From: Phoronis australis
Taxonomy: Eukaryota; Animalia; Phoronida
DNA: 64,000 nt
Direction: 5' to 3'
Assembly: GCA_002633005.1 (NCBI GenBank)
Contig: NMRA01000679.1
Span: 145,775 to 209,774, forward strand
The translations under genes were made by a program, and so were the position numbers. The notes under the pieces were generated by a model. The model searched no databases. It was not told the origin of the DNA and saw only the letters and a list, made by a program, of their open reading frames with translations. Below, piece after piece: positions 1-14,434 of this stretch; position 1 is the stretch's first letter, and every line of letters begins with the position of its first letter.

Positions 1-2559
1 TGTTTGGTGAAATAGGCCCAGCTGAGCAGCCTGCACGTGTTTGATGCAACACAAATTATACCAGCTGCATTATTTTTTTGAATTTGAAGGCACGACATCA
101 GACTAAACTGACAGAAGTCAGAATGCTTACGGTACAAATTCTCCAATTTGGTGAGAAATTAATTACTTACTACTCTAATCAAGGCCTGAGCTTATACCAA
201 ATTTTAGAAATAGACAATATTGGTTGTCCTAAATTCAACAAACTCAAGAGGTAAAATCAACCATGTCTAGAATTAAAGACCTAGTTACACGGTCACGTTT
301 TTAACCTCTATTAGTTGGGTAGAACAAGTTACAACGAAGCCATCAGTACCTACAGGTTAATCCTAGCGAAATCCTCACTTGTCACCAACTGGAGCCAAGT
401 AATATTCCACCATTTTTAGATTTGCCGCAAAGTCAAAAGTGAGATTCATTAAGGAACAGCTGAATAACAAGGTGGTCTATTCAACTGGGTTAAGCATGTT
501 TTACCAAAAGTAATTAACTTATGTAAACAGCATAAACACAACGAACATGCAATATCAGAATAATCAAGTAAAATTATAATACAGTAAGAATGTTCTGATA
601 ACTTGCGAAAATGATGAAAATAAATTTAGACAGGGAAAACTAAGTATTAATGAGTTTAAAGTAAATGGAAGATTTTTCATTCAGCCTGAATGATTCATAT
701 AAGCTACTACCACAGCCCGGCTGCTTGGTCGCAGACATCACTGCTCCCTAGGGCAGAGTGAAACATTAATTAGATCCGCAGACCTTGAATAACTGAAATT
801 GGTGTGACCAACATATTATACAAATTACTACGTCACTTTCCTAACACTACAATATTTTCTTGTCGTCCACATTCCACTCATATACTACAGTTTACTACAC
901 TCCCCCCATTTACGTTTTCTATCACAGAATTTTCATTTTTAGAAAACAGGTATCAACAGTAAATTTTTGTCAAATTTGAAAATATGTTTTGTCTGATAAT
1001 TGAAAATTAAAGTCAGTTTTGCAAGTGATGATTTTCTCAGCAAGTGACACATGGCAACTGCCAGTGAAACTTCCCCGGTTATCGTGTCAGGGCAACAAAA
1101 GTCAGGCAGGTGCGCATTATTGCAATTCAGGTGAGAAGTGCACTATTTTAAGATAAGAAATGTTTTAGTTCATTGAGTGAATGTTTTTTCTTTCCACTTT
1201 ACATTTTTAATGGTCAGTAAAGCCGATGATGATTTGCTGCCGATGCGCTGTCAGTAGTCACACAGCAAATGCTGGTACTTTGCATCAATTTCACAACAAT
1301 GGCAATAAGGTAAAAATACAACTGCCGCTCTAGAAAGGGTTTTCTTCTAATTCATTACCAGACCAGGTACTGTTGCTGAAATTTGACGTACCCTCGTGAT
1401 GACTCAGGGCACCTCAGTTCTCAGTAATGTTGGCTGCGGGAGATGCAACATGTTCAGTTTTAACTTATGATTGCATAAAATGTCACAAATCAAATGCAAA
1501 GAAGATATGAAATTTATACAATAGATAATCAAATTTGTAAAAAAGAACCAAAATGAGAATAAAAAACAATCAAATAAAATAACGCTTTCACGCTCACAGT
1601 GATATCAATACGTTTTCAAGGACAACATGGCCGTATTTCAGGAATCGTTCCTAAACTGATGCATGAGAAACTCGGGTCATGGAAATAGATGGGAATAGCT
1701 GATGATTATCTGACTTCGGCCGAGGTAAAATAATGTGCTCAAAAGGCTTCTTAAGTTTGGTGACAGATAAGAGGTAAACATTATACCACTTTACATATTA
1801 CTTCACTTGGTATATTCAAGTTTTTGAACTGGATTAACCCCAGGAGATAAGGACTTTAATGTCGTATGGTATAGGCTTAGTAATACACATTTCAAGTTTT
1901 ACAGTAAATATCGGTCACCCAGACTTTAGATACTGACCAAAATTGGGACTTTTTACTGTTCTCAACACGCTGACAGTTTGTGATAAGTTACTGAACTACT
2001 TGCAAAAGTGGACAATAATGGGTGATGAAATGATTCTAATCCAAATCTGAATGATGGTTAGGTGATAAGTGGTGACGAAATAATGACAAATAATATGCTG
2101 TTTGTTGCAATATATCACTGCAATGCAATTTTGGATTTATTTTACAGTTTGTTACAAAACTGATTCCAAACAATTAACTTAAATTGTCATAAAGTTTGAT
2201 ATTTGTGTACAAATGCCCTATGTTGAAGTTCTTGTACACAGAAAACTAATCCCTTTGCACTTCTTTCTGTTACACACTCAAAAGCAAAAAACTAAGACAT
2301 GACCTTTATACCAATTAACTTCTTCTGATGCATTTGGAACCATAAACCTAGGCTGCCGTAAAAAAGTACTGGTGCTGGCAGATGTCCACCATATAGCAAT
2401 GAGTGAAATTAAACCAAGATCTGTCAAGCAGTTTTTGAGATCATCAACAAAAAAGCTAAGGTACTGACGGATGGCGGACAGGCAGAATGCTGAATATATG
2501 TGACAACAATTTTTGTGGGTGCACAAAAGCGGAAAACTCGTCAATAAAAACCATTCTAC

Positions 2560-2614
2560 CTGATGCTGTCTGGTATCATATTCTTTCTGTGCCTCGTTAA
2601 TCTGCTCTTCAAGT
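2560..2614 (-). CDS. IQANK1: IQANK1-like exon 8 (coiled coil; gene continues beyond the window start)
   Basis: ttcag|...|gtagaa, 55 bp, phase 2-0 matching exon 7. (K)LEEQINEAQKEYDTRQHQ. No stop codon is reached. Confidence 0.8.
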
Positions 2615-3189
2615 CTGAAAGTGAAAGCAGTCTATTCTAACATAAACTGTCAACTGGAAAATTCACTCAACAAAGTCATCATCATTGAAGGAATACGAAT
2701 TTATGAACGCATCTGGGTGAAAAGACCATCACCCTTCTCAAAACACTGTTAAAACTAACCACGACTAACCTATTACTTTCAAAATCATGATTAAAATAAT
2801 GGCGCACTTCAATACACATCCTACAAAACAATGTAAGAGTGAGGCTTTCCAAAACAAATTGTTGAGTGACAAGTAGGGGGTTTCCTCACCAGGGACTATT
2901 CGTACAATAAGAATTATTTGATAAAAACAACGATGGGTTTAAATCGGCTTGACAGACTTCGACATTTATTAAAGCACCATCCTCAGAATCAAAAATAGAG
3001 GTCACCTTGCTAGGCCCAACAAGTAATGATACACAGGCACAGTCAGTAACATGGGAGTAATAGTAGACTAGACTAACAATGACAACCTGCTTTTTGAAAC
3101 TGGCCTTATGATGTTTTCTCACCGTAATACTTTGTACACAGACCTTGAAACATGGCGTTTGTCTCTAGTAGTTGGTACAGTAAGAGTCT

Positions 3190-4370
3190 GAGGGAAAAAT
3201 AGTTCGTACTTATATTTGCGTCGGAAAAAATAATTCGTACATGCTTTATGGATGGGTATGGAAATTTGTATTCTTATAAATGAACATAAATCAATAAGTT
3301 CCAATTCTAATTGGGTAAATGGAATCGGTGGTTTGCTAATCTACACTAGTACAGATCTTAAAAAGTCGTTTTTCAGACTGCCATTTTTAGAAACAGCAAA
3401 TGCGGAAATAGCAATAAGATTTTCATTTGTGGCAGTAAAAATGCCATCACAGCAGATTTTCCCAACAAAAGTTCAATTGCCCTCGGACTAGACCTTCACG
3501 AATAAATTAACAAAACTGCAGAGTAATAGTACCATGTGGTCCTGCTGTCTTATTAGAGCTGATTCTGGCGACTGTAGTGCGCATATGACCAGTGATGCAG
3601 CGCCCCATTTGGACTGCAACTATTCTCATGTGGCAACACAAATGCGTGCATGCAAGCTTCACGTATTACCGAGGTTACATCATAGAGTAAATTTATGGTT
3701 ACAGTCCCGTGACATGAGTAGAACTGCGCGCATATTAGCTGTCAAGTTCTGAGTCAGAGAGCAATTAGTTGACGAAATATTAAATGCTTGAAAAAACTAA
3801 TCTAGAACCCAATGAATTGTCAACCTAAGATTTAGTATGGCTGTCTTATCTTGAATGCCAGGCACCATTCACTTGCCGTTGCGTGAAACACACTATGCAA
3901 TGAGGATGAGAAGCGAAGGTATGAGGACAAGAGGCGGTCGTTAATCAAAAGTTATTGCAAACGCATTACTCAAAAAGTATTGCTTAATATTTAGTAGGCG
4001 GCCGAGCAAAAATAATTTGTACACGTACCTTTGTTGGTAAAAATAACTTGTAGACTAAGCGCCAATTACTCGGGTAATCGACACCCGCTGTTTGCTATAG
4101 GACTAAATTAATAACAAAATCTAACCATCAATGTGACCTGAAATTTGGAAATGCGAGTCATTTTGTATCAAGTCGCAACATGTGACTTGTACTAATTTCT
4201 AATGTACGCGAGCCCAGTTTTTGGCGGCAAATAGATTACCTGGCAAACATATTGTGAGAATCTGGCCATTATTCGGTTTATGCCAAATCAAGTGGAAAAC
4301 TAACAAAGAAAATCCCTCTTCATTGAGTTTTGTAAACATGTCGTGTGAACATGCTAGTCTCACGCTAGAC
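3190..4370 (+). repeat. Dispersed repeat, copy 1 (unclassified)
   Basis: Colinear with 10250-11590 (e.g. GTCGGAAAAAATAATTCGTAC, AGCTGATTCTGG, GTGACATGAGTAGAACT). Recurrent AAAAATA[AG]TTCGTAC motif. Confidence 0.75.
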
Positions 4371-4989
4371 TTTTAAAAGCATTAGACAAAATGACTAAAG
4401 CCTCTGAAAACTTTTTGTCATTTTCAAAAATTATTAGCCAAATAACAAATGATAAAAACAGATACACGCACCATGTTGTCACAGATCCTTTCATAAATGT
4501 ACTATAAGAAGACATTTGCCATACGAAAAAAACAAATGATCAACATTCCAAGGTCATATAGCAACACAAGTTGGAGAGGATGGGTTTCATTATGACCTAA
4601 AAAGTTTGGAAAGTGGTTCCCCTATACCCAAGTTACATACTGCATGTGTACTCAACCACATGAGCATTTAAATGATATTGACTTAGGCAGGGGCTCCCCC
4701 CTATCCCCGGGTTACGGCGGCGCTATGCCGACCACGACCAAGAAAATTTGGTCCAAAATATTAACAAAAGTTATGACTTGCAAAATAAGATGAATCTTGC
4801 AGAGCAGTGAATATAAAATTCATTAATTAAACAGTTCCCTACAATGCATTTTCTTAGTAAGCTAATATGAAACAAATAAAATAAAATCCAACTACATGAC
4901 TTTTTACACCAAGTAGTCATGATTTTTTAATTTTGAAGAAAAAATAGTTATTTCTAAGTTTTGCGCCAAATGATGCAATGGGTGGAAGA

Positions 4990-5730
4990 CATTTGGCTAC
5001 TTCACATTCAAATGCAATGTCGCAACACAGCAGGTCAGAAGACGAGAACAATTTTGAGCGAGAACTGGGTAATTATTATGCAGACAGAGAGAAGAGTGGA
5101 TACGGGCATCGCACTAAAGTACTTGAAGAATCAGACAATGAATTCGATTTCCCATTTAGGGAACCATCGTCGACTTTGAGGCCGCATGACCTCGAGCGAC
5201 TCACTTGCACGAAATGCTACAGACATGCGAGCCACAACCAACTGAACCAATGGGTGGTCAATATTTACAAAGTACACACTTAATAATCACTGACAATGTC
5301 CACAGTAAACCTGGGTCATTCGTATTCACTATTGCCATGAGGAATGAGCATAAAATACAAAGCATAAGCCTACGTGTCGTAGCACTCGATCTGGGCCAGG
5401 GTTGAGGGCCTCAATGGCATCATTCGCCCTAGACCGGAAGCAGTTTGTTCGTTATTTATAAAATTTGCAAATTCACTTACAAGGTGGCAAGTCCTTCATC
5501 GTAACACTGTTTTGTGTGTGGTCGAAACACGATTCCTTGAAATGTGCCGAACAAGGCGAGCAGTGGCTCCCGACTGAATCGCACCTTCCACACTGACATT
5601 CCAGTGTCGTGTGGCGCACAAATGAATGCCATTTCTGTGCAACTTTCACATATTTAGGAATTTGAACACAGACGTTCTCAGTCAAATTGCTATTACTACA
5701 GCTTCCACAAACACATTTTCAAGGCTGTAA
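4990..5730. mobile_element. Probable Kolobok remnant: THAP-domain fragment (-) facing a KolX/P2X7-tail-like fragment (+)
   Basis: Minus strand 5730-5500 reads KCVCGSCSNSN...IPK...AQKWHSFVR...CSAHFKESCF (THAP C2CH). Plus strand reads KCYRHASHNQLNQWV. Termini were not identified. Confidence 0.55.
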
Positions 5731-7741
5731 AAGGTCGCTCTCCACAGACTTTGCTCACAACTCCTCAGTATCACACTGGTATAAACAGTAACGGTGGAGA
5801 TGGTGTTCCACCCATTGCATACAAACTCGACAACAGAAAAGAATTTGGCTCGTTTCTAAGCAACAGGCGCACTAAAGGCTATTAAATGACTTAAGATGTA
5901 TTTAAAATTCATTTTGAGACACAGGGTCATGGTGGGAACTCTTTAAGTAGCAAAATGACATTTACTTTACATTGCTCTCTTTCGGCCACCGCTGAAATGC
6001 AAATGCATAACTTTTTCAGGGCCCTCGGTCTCGAACTTGGGGCCGAATATCGACCAAATTCGCCTTGTGAGGCCCAAAATTCCCGTCGAGGTTGGACCCA
6101 TTTGTAAGTCACACAAGTCACAATTTGAAAGAGCCTAAAATGCTACTTTTGGCTAATTGAGGCACAGCCTACGAGGGCTTGCAACAGGGGGGGGATTGCT
6201 ATTGATGGTGATCAGGAGTTAGAATTATCCCCTCACCCAAAATAAATTCCCCTTTCCTTTCTTAGACGACACAGGCACCTTTCCTCTTGTTTAATTGAGA
6301 GGCCTGTTTTTACACTTACGACATTCAACAAGCTGACTAGCTATGACAAGCGACGCTTTTAATTTAAACTACCATACTCGTTACAGCCAGGGGCGCTTAA
6401 ATTGGAATCTTAAAAACAGGGGGTGGGCAGTAAGCCGAGCATGGGCGGTTAAAATCGAAACTTTGTGAAAAGTCAGGGAGGGTGTTTACTGCACGGAGGA
6501 CCGATTTTACCCTCACGAGCTACAGTGACGTCGGATGTCAAGCACAGCAGTTCAAATACGTCGGTGGATTGAAGTAACGGATTTCCACTCCCAGAAGTGG
6601 AATAACGCACACGATACAGGGCGCTGTGATCCCGAACGTGATTGGGATATTTACATACCTCCGTCGCTGCTCGTCATCTCTCCTGTATTCCTACAGATAG
6701 GAGTGCGTTCAGTAGAGCACGTTTCTTCATAAAAAAAGCCAATCAAGCAAGATTCTGCTAGTGTGCCGCGTATTTATAAGGGAAGCACCTGATATTGTAG
6801 GTTTGCTCCCTGCTAGACACTTTGGCAACCAAAACATGTGGTAATGATTGACAGGCCTCAGTTCTTTTAAGAACATTAAAATGCTTTGAACCTAGTATGA
6901 AAAATGAAACAGTTTAAATACATTGCATATTTCTTTCTAGTGAGTTGAACAGCCCACACTGCTCTTATTCAAACCCCGTGCTCAACAATCGGAGGATACT
7001 ACTTGGGCAAAATTAGGGGTGCTAGATCGGCTGCAAAAATAATGAAGCAAAAACACACCATGTAAAGACATCAGGCAAATCAAGAGTTCAAAATAATAAT
7101 TTTTTGACCACGTGGATGTGGATAGAATGTTCGACTTGCGCTTAGTAAAAAGTTGATTTCTTGTGCTGTTGCTTTTAATTGGGCGCTTCTTATATTTTGC
7201 TTGGGCGCTTCCATTTTGGTGTCGGGAGTGAGCCATTAGAAACATGGGTTTAACCAAGGCAGGGAACAGCGAGACAAGTTGGCTAGTCACAATGACTCGT
7301 GTCAGCTTGTATTCAAAACAATGCGTCCAAAATAATGTTGGTGTGCTCGTGTTTTTTTCTTATTTCATTGCTCAGGGTGGTTATGTTTCGTGTACTGTCA
7401 CGGCACATACAAGGAATCACAGGGAGATAGAACACCGACTTCAAAATTCCTGTCAAGTACCGCTTTGCTCGTTCTTCCACAGCAATGAAATACATTCGAC
7501 AAGCGATCAGTAAATACTGACAAGAGTTCTGCGCGTGAGCCAGGGGAAATAATTGAGTCTCCCTCAATAAAGTGCATGAGAATATGGGTATTTTACCACC
7601 ATAGTAAGGCAAGGTCCCGGTTCTGCTAAAGCTGATTTGACTGTCACAGAAAGTTAAGCGAGTTGAGCACGTTTTGGAATCTTAGTTTAGTGCGACGAAC
7701 GTTCACACAAGCACACACTTTTAAGGAAGTCTCGATCTTTA

Positions 7742-8460
7742 AACAAGAGCAACGCAGAGCGTTGAAATGCGCCCACAATTGCACCGCATACAGTATCCTT
7801 CTAGGGTTGTTTATTGGTACCATAAAGTGGCCAGTAGAGGGCATATATGTAGTATGTTGTACTTTGCAAAATGGAAAGGCATGGTCCTTGTCTCCTCAAT
7901 AGGCTAGGGGCAAAATGTGAGTAATCTTCATAATACAAGCACATCCTATACACCAGTTGCTTAAAGCACCACAGAAACATAGAATTAAAAACAAATTAAC
8001 CAACATACGAGATTAGCACAGCATTAGAATGCCAGAAACAAATTTCTACTTGGAACTTTTCCTTCATAGTCACGAAGTAACACAAAGTACACACCTGAAG
8101 AAAATACAGAGGTCAATGTAAAATACTAAAATTGCCACTAGAGGCAAATACTAAAATTGCCACTAGAGGAATACCGGTAGTCAGAATCATCCTAAAGTCG
8201 TCATCGTCCGTTGTCAACATCACATAAATACACTTGCTAAATTTAGTAAAGATCCTGCAAACGGTTTGGGAGATACAGCCATGGGCGCAAAAAAAACAAA
8301 ACTACCACTAGGAGGTGCCACAGTAGTCCAAATCATCTGAAAATCATTGTCAGCTTTCTTCCTTATAGTAAGCACATATACGCCAATTTTCACAATCATC
8401 CTTTGAGCGGTTTGGTTGATAGAGGGGTGGACGCAAAAATACAGACTCGAAAACACCTAG
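7742..8460 (+). repeat. Truncated, interrupted copy of the same HINE-like family
   Basis: Head AACAAGAGCAACGCAGAGCGTTGAAATGCGCCCAC at 7742 and one repeat unit at ~8095-8460. Confidence 0.65.
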
Positions 8461-9841
8461 ATCATTACATCGCATTTACTCTGGCAAATGAACTCTAATA
8501 ACAAGCACACGCACGCTTACTCTCACACACACGCATACAAACTTCAAAACACATGTCACGTGACAGCATGTGTGTTCCTCCAGAGATTTTTCTCGTGTTG
8601 CGGACTACAATCTAGCGCAGATTTGGACTTAATCTGCAGAACTTAAAAATCTTAGAGACGCTATTTGGAAAACTTGAGGATTTCAGGTAATTTGTAGAGT
8701 CGAAGCTGTATTCTTATTTAAGAATTCAAGCCCTATCGACGATTGCGAGACCGTCAGCTACGCATTTGTCGGCAAGATTTCGCCCTGGGATTTCAGCACA
8801 ATTTTCTGAAAAATGATCGTAATTTAACAACGAATTTTGATAGCAATGCACCACAATTTTGTAGAAAGTAAATAATAATATTCTACATGCTTTATCTTAG
8901 CGCGTTAATGCATATAGTGTGCGTACGTTAAGTGAGTTGACACAGATCAGGTGATTGTGCAGAGGCATTATCGTCAAAATTGCTTATGTTGGCTTGGTTC
9001 TGGTAAAGCGAAAACAAGTTCTTTTTTTCACTACCAACCGCCGTGGACTACTTGGTACTGTTTCTTTGAAGGGAGATATTGTTGGGCAGTTTCCAAGATA
9101 CGTTTTCTTGCCGCCCTCAAAATGAGCGCTGCATACTTTATGCTACAAAGTCGAAAAGAATTCACTAAGTCCACCTTTGTACCAGCTATACCGATGTGTC
9201 TGACCCATGTTTAACGCAGTTCTTGGTCCTTGGGAAACAGGTAGTAACTAAATTCTTTATCTCGCTAACTGGTATTATAGCATGCCAGGCACACAACACG
9301 TATAACCTCCCTGTGGCCGGTTCGCCCCCACACTTGCCGACATACTTGTTTACCGGCTTAACCACAATGCAACATTCTGACCCATTTCCAACATGGCGGT
9401 GTTGCAACTCCGCTATTGTTAGTATAGTCTATTATATTGTTACTCCCTTGCAACTGACTGCGTCTGTGTATCATTAGTTGTTGTTGGGCAAGAAGGCCAC
9501 TGTTTTTGATTCTGAGGATGGTGTTTTAATAAATGCCAAAACATGTCAAATCAACTTAAATCCACCATTGTTTTTATCAACAAACACTGCTTCATGTTAT
9601 CATGGACTATGGATTATGTAACTGCGTCACTACACATTACAGGGAACAAGATAAAAATAGGAAATAAACCAGCACTTCAGCTGAAAACATTTTATGTGGT
9701 GGAATGCCAGTGAAGGCATTACCCTGCTCACAGCTATCAAGCATTCAATAAGAATCGGGCTTTCTTGACTCTCGAACCCCTCGTTGATACTTCATGAGAA
9801 TCCCCGATTCCCATGACAAGGAAATTAAATGCTCAGCTTAC

Positions 9842-9981
9842 TTTTCCATTTGCGCCTCATGACCTTTCCTTTGTTCCTCCAGTATCCTTTCTTTGTTGGC
9901 CTGAATCTTCAAGAGCAAGGAGTCAGTTTGTGAGATGTCCCAGTTAGCAATAAATTCAGTTATCCCATCATTGGAAGCAAT
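9842..9981 (-). CDS. IQANK1: IQANK1-like exon 7
   Basis: tccag|...|gtaagc, 140 bp, phase 0-2. IASNDGITEFIANWDISQTDSLLLKIQANKERILEEQRKGHEAQME. Confidence 0.85.
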
Positions 9982-10249
9982 CTGGAACATACCTTTAATT
10001 TATTATACTCCAATAGAAGCCTGAATGGTAAATTCTTACCAGCTAACAGCCCATAGTTATTTCATGAGGGAAATAATGATTTGATGGCAAGAAACTGTGA
10101 AGGGCATATTGCGCTGTTCTTTAGTAAACATTCTCGTGTGGTGTGATCCACTCCACTGCATAGGGATGACTGACTTCAAGCACAATGAAAGTTGAATATT
10201 TTCATTTTCGTTTTGTGAGTTTTGTAGAGTGCATTGCTGAATATGTGGG

Positions 10250-11590
10250 ATAAATAGGCCATTGCATATCTTGTGTCGGAAAAAATAATTCGTACAAGCT
10301 TTTTGGAACTGTAAAATTGAAATTTTCATTCTTATAAAAGAACACAAATCAATAAGCGCCAATTCTATTCAGGTGATCGGAATCCGTTATTTGCTTTACT
10401 ACGCTAGCATAGAGCTCGAAAAGTCGTTTTTCAGATCGCCATTTACGGTGACAGAAAATTTGGAAATAAACAAGATTTTCCAGTGTGTCGCCAAATGGCG
10501 GTAAAATTGTCATAACAGCGGATTTTCCCAACAAGGTTCTGTTACCCTCAGACTAGTACTACACGACTAAATTTACACAAGTGCGAAGTAAAAGTACTGT
10601 GCCGTCCCGTAATCTTGTTACAGCTGATTCTGGTGACTGTAGTGTGCAGACAACAAATGACTATGCAGTGCTCCAGTTTGATTGCAACTATTCTCACGTG
10701 GCGACGTGCACGCGTGCAATCTTCATGTGTTGCAGATGTTACATCATAAGGATTACATTTACGGCCACAGTGGTCCTGTGACATGAGTAGAACTATGTGC
10801 GTATTAGCTGTAAAGTTCTGAGTTTATAGAGCAATTAATGAGTTGTTTGACGAAATAAATGTTTGAAAAACTAATTCAGGTGTTTTTTATGGTTGGGAAT
10901 GTTTATGTTCTAGACTCCGCAACCCAATGATTTGTCAACGTAAGGTTTAGTGCGGCTGTCTTATTTCTAACGCCTGGCATGGCTAACTTCAGTTGCCATT
11001 GCGTGAAACATGCTACGTAATGAAGATGAGAATCGGAGCTAAGCGGACATGAGTCAGTCAATCAAAAATTACTGCAACGGCACTGCTCAATATCAAGTAT
11101 TTATATTTTATGACTGACTTGAGATGAGTCTAAAGAACCCGTACAGTGGAGGTCCTAGGGAAAAAATACTTCGTACAGTAGGTGGTCGAGCGAAAAATAG
11201 TTCGTATACGTATCTTTGTCCGTAAAAATAACTTGTACACAAATCGCCAATTATACGGTAATCGGTGGTAATTGGTTGCCGTGGTAAGTTAGTAACTTCT
11301 AACCAGCAATGCCTACTCAGCCAGTATGCGCTAGTTCGGTGTCTGTTGTAATCAACTCGGCACTAGATATTCGCGACCTGAAATTTGGAAATGCTTGCCG
11401 AGACTGGTCGTTTCATATCAACTCGTAACATGCGACCTGGAAATTCCCAAGAATGTGAGCTTAAGCTAGCTTTCGGCAGCAAGTAGATACCTGGCACTTG
11501 AGCAAATCTGGCCGTTATTTGGTTGTTTCCAAATCAAGTTGAACACTTGGCCCTCTTCATTGAGTAGTAAACGTGTTGCGTGAACATGGG
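10250..11590 (+). repeat. Dispersed repeat, copy 2 (unclassified)
   Basis: Colinear with 3190-4370. Confidence 0.75.
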
Positions 11591-14434
11591 ATAACGTCTT
11601 TGGATAATTCAGAACCGATCTTTGATGCGTTTCATTGGATGGTGTTTTTCGGCTACTTTTGCAAATCTTTGGATGAGCTGGCAAAAATTCGGATAAATTA
11701 AAAACGCCACAGCGATGTTTCATTCACAAGTGACCAACTTACCGAATTTGTGATGAAAAAACATTTATTTTTCATGCAAGCTGTCCCGATTAGCCTATTA
11801 CAATATCCCCAACAATATCATCTCACTGCATCTTTTTTAGGCAAGACGGCAAACAAATTCTCCAGCCATATTATACTTTCTGGGGCCGAGGACACGCATA
11901 TGTATGAGTCACCTGTCACTCACATATGTTGCTGTCAATGTAATATGCACTCCAGCGATTCAAGTGTGGAAACATACACGCGCGCTACTTCAACATCGCA
12001 CATCAAACAAGAATAGCAACAGTGCTAACTGAGAGAGTATACCTGCCCCCCATTCAGTAATGTTAGGACCTCGCTAAAAAGCAAGACTGCGAGATTCTTG
12101 ACGTGAGATATTGCCGTGTATTTCAAATGAGAACACGTGACTTTGGCTAGATTTTAGCTAGGTCCTAGCGTAGGTCCTAGCGTTACTGAACGCACGCCTG
12201 CTTGACTCTGTACCAGATAAGTTTCAGCGACCCATGTTTTAATTTACTTGACAATGAACTTAGACCCCCTGTGGTTATAAAAGACCAGTTGCTTTGCAAT
12301 ATTCCCAGAACCGCATGGCTCTAAGCTTGGTATTCCAGGCCCGTAACCACCTTCTAGCTATCTTTTTTTATTCTTCTCTCCGTACAACCCACTAGCGCCA
12401 ATTTTCATTCCCCGGGTTGCCAATCGACCACGTAGATTTTTCAGGATCGATTCTATGGGAAGAATTTTGTTCCTACTGAAGCTGGCCAGTGTAGAAACAA
12501 AATTATGGCGGGTGGCTTTACAGGTAGGTGGAAATTGTATCTACACAGACAGGTCTAGGCGGAGCAGTTTGCCCTAAGAAATTGTATCATTTCTTACTAT
12601 TGTAGTCATTTAGTTTCTTATTACCGCAAACATTCATGTATAATATTCGCCTATAACACCTTTGATTTTTAGGAAATACGGTAAGCGCCTACTGCTCTAC
12701 TAAGCTAAGTTTCGAGAAATTTCAATTGAGCACTGGGGCACACAACAAGAACTGCCAATGACATTGGTAAAATCAGCTAATGCAAAACCTGGCTTGCATT
12801 TTTTATTACTTCAAGATCAAACACAAATACCCAGTAACGTACGCAGCAAATTAACCCTGTAAGGCACACTGTCATTTCCGTCGCCACGGCATCCTTGGTA
12901 ACCCGGCAAAATACATTTCCAGAAAACTAAGTCGCGGGAATTTCATCAAAATAGGGATAATTTGAACCTTTCCGGGAGGTATGAGAATTGTTCAAAATCA
13001 GAGAGCTTCCCTTCTAAATCGAATTGGGAGTGTTGGCAAAACCGCTGTCACATTTTTGTGGCCTGATATTTTCGAATAGTGTTTTATCTAGTGCACTACA
13101 GTCGGAAGATAAGTGCAACAGACAACACCGCAAAAAGCAGAGGTTCCGAAGGCGGCGTGGTTCCCTAAGTTTGCGAACATGGAAAGAAAATAAAGTGGCA
13201 AAGAGTTCAAGTATTCTATTTTGAAGTAAATCCATCACCTGGGAAAATAATTTGTTACTTGTTGTTATAATTCACATTGCCAAACCAACGTCTCTATAGG
13301 CCGTTGTTGCACTCATTGTTATCATCGATCTTCATCTCTAATAATTCGAACACTCAACTTTCTTCTCTAGTAGTTCGTATTGCCAATTTTGTCTCTATTA
13401 ATTTGTACAAGAAGCTCTCAAGGGAAAAATAGTTCGTACAATAGTGTACAAACCAATAGAGAAAACACCGTATTTACCTTATTTAGACCACTTGTAGGAC
13501 TTAAGGCAGGTTCTAGATGTGGAAAATAACAGCCACGCCAATGAAATAATCTACGTTTATCCTACAGGTGTTATGACATGGTCATGAGATACATGTTATT
13601 GAATATTCAGATTTGAAGGACCTACTTTTCCATATCAAATGTATGTGACACCGAGGAAGATTTACCAAAATCTCACTCGTACCTTGCACAACCAACACCA
13701 CACACTACTTATTAAAAGAACATGGACCAAGTTCAAGGTCTGCAATCACACAGATATTCTATGGAACAATGACAAAACATGAAATTCCAATAAAAAATTC
13801 ACAAATTATTATTTTCAAGTTTTTTTGGTCTTTGATACAAGATGTGAAACTTTCAAGTCACCAATTGATGAAATCAAAACTGATCATATTTTTGGAATAA
13901 ATAATTTAAAGTTATATGACGTCAAACTAAACTACTAAAAAAGTAACACCCTCTTCATACTTTTTAAGATAACTTCATGAAGGAATAATAAAATGAAAGC
14001 ACTCAGAGGAGCGACACTTGGCAAAATTATCTGAAAAGACGACGATGAAGATGATGACAAAGGTGACGAATGTGATGATGATGGTGGCAATGATGAACAA
14101 TATAACATTTATATGATAAACGTGGATGTCATAAATCAGTAAAAAATAGGCTACAGTCTTGTTCAATAGCAGGTAAACTAACAACAGTGCAGCAAAATCG
14201 GTCAACAAAGGTACAGCATTTTCAAAAAATCTCGAATAATTCCAAAAGTCGAAGTCCCAGCGAAAAATGGAAAATATCTTCAGAAAGCCCGTTTAAAACT
14301 CTATCTAACAGTGTAGATTTACAAAATTCCTTAAAATTTTTTGAAAATTTAAAAATTTTGCATCAATTTAAAATCCAGTCGAAAATCTCAAAAATGATAA
14401 GTCTGAGAAAAACCTGTTACAGGTCATATGAAAG

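Noticed and set aside
1390-1450. Possible IQANK1 exon 9 (ccgcag|CCAACA...)
   Set aside because: It hits a stop before the next strong donor and shows no coiled-coil character; the next exon is probably outside the window.
6982-7290. Minus-strand ORF with a faint resemblance to a Crypton N-terminal fragment
   Set aside because: No diagnostic residues; similarity is too weak to support.
13030-13180. Minus-strand peptide ANLGNHAAFGT...KISGHKNV resembling tyrosine-recombinase (Crypton) box II
   Set aside because: The spacing between the two His motifs is too long (~33 aa), there is no HxxR arginine or catalytic Tyr, and an in-frame stop intervenes.
13975-14208. Hydrophobic minus-strand ORF resembling a membrane protein
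   Set aside because: Derived from a (GAT/GAC)-rich low-complexity stretch within repeat DNA.
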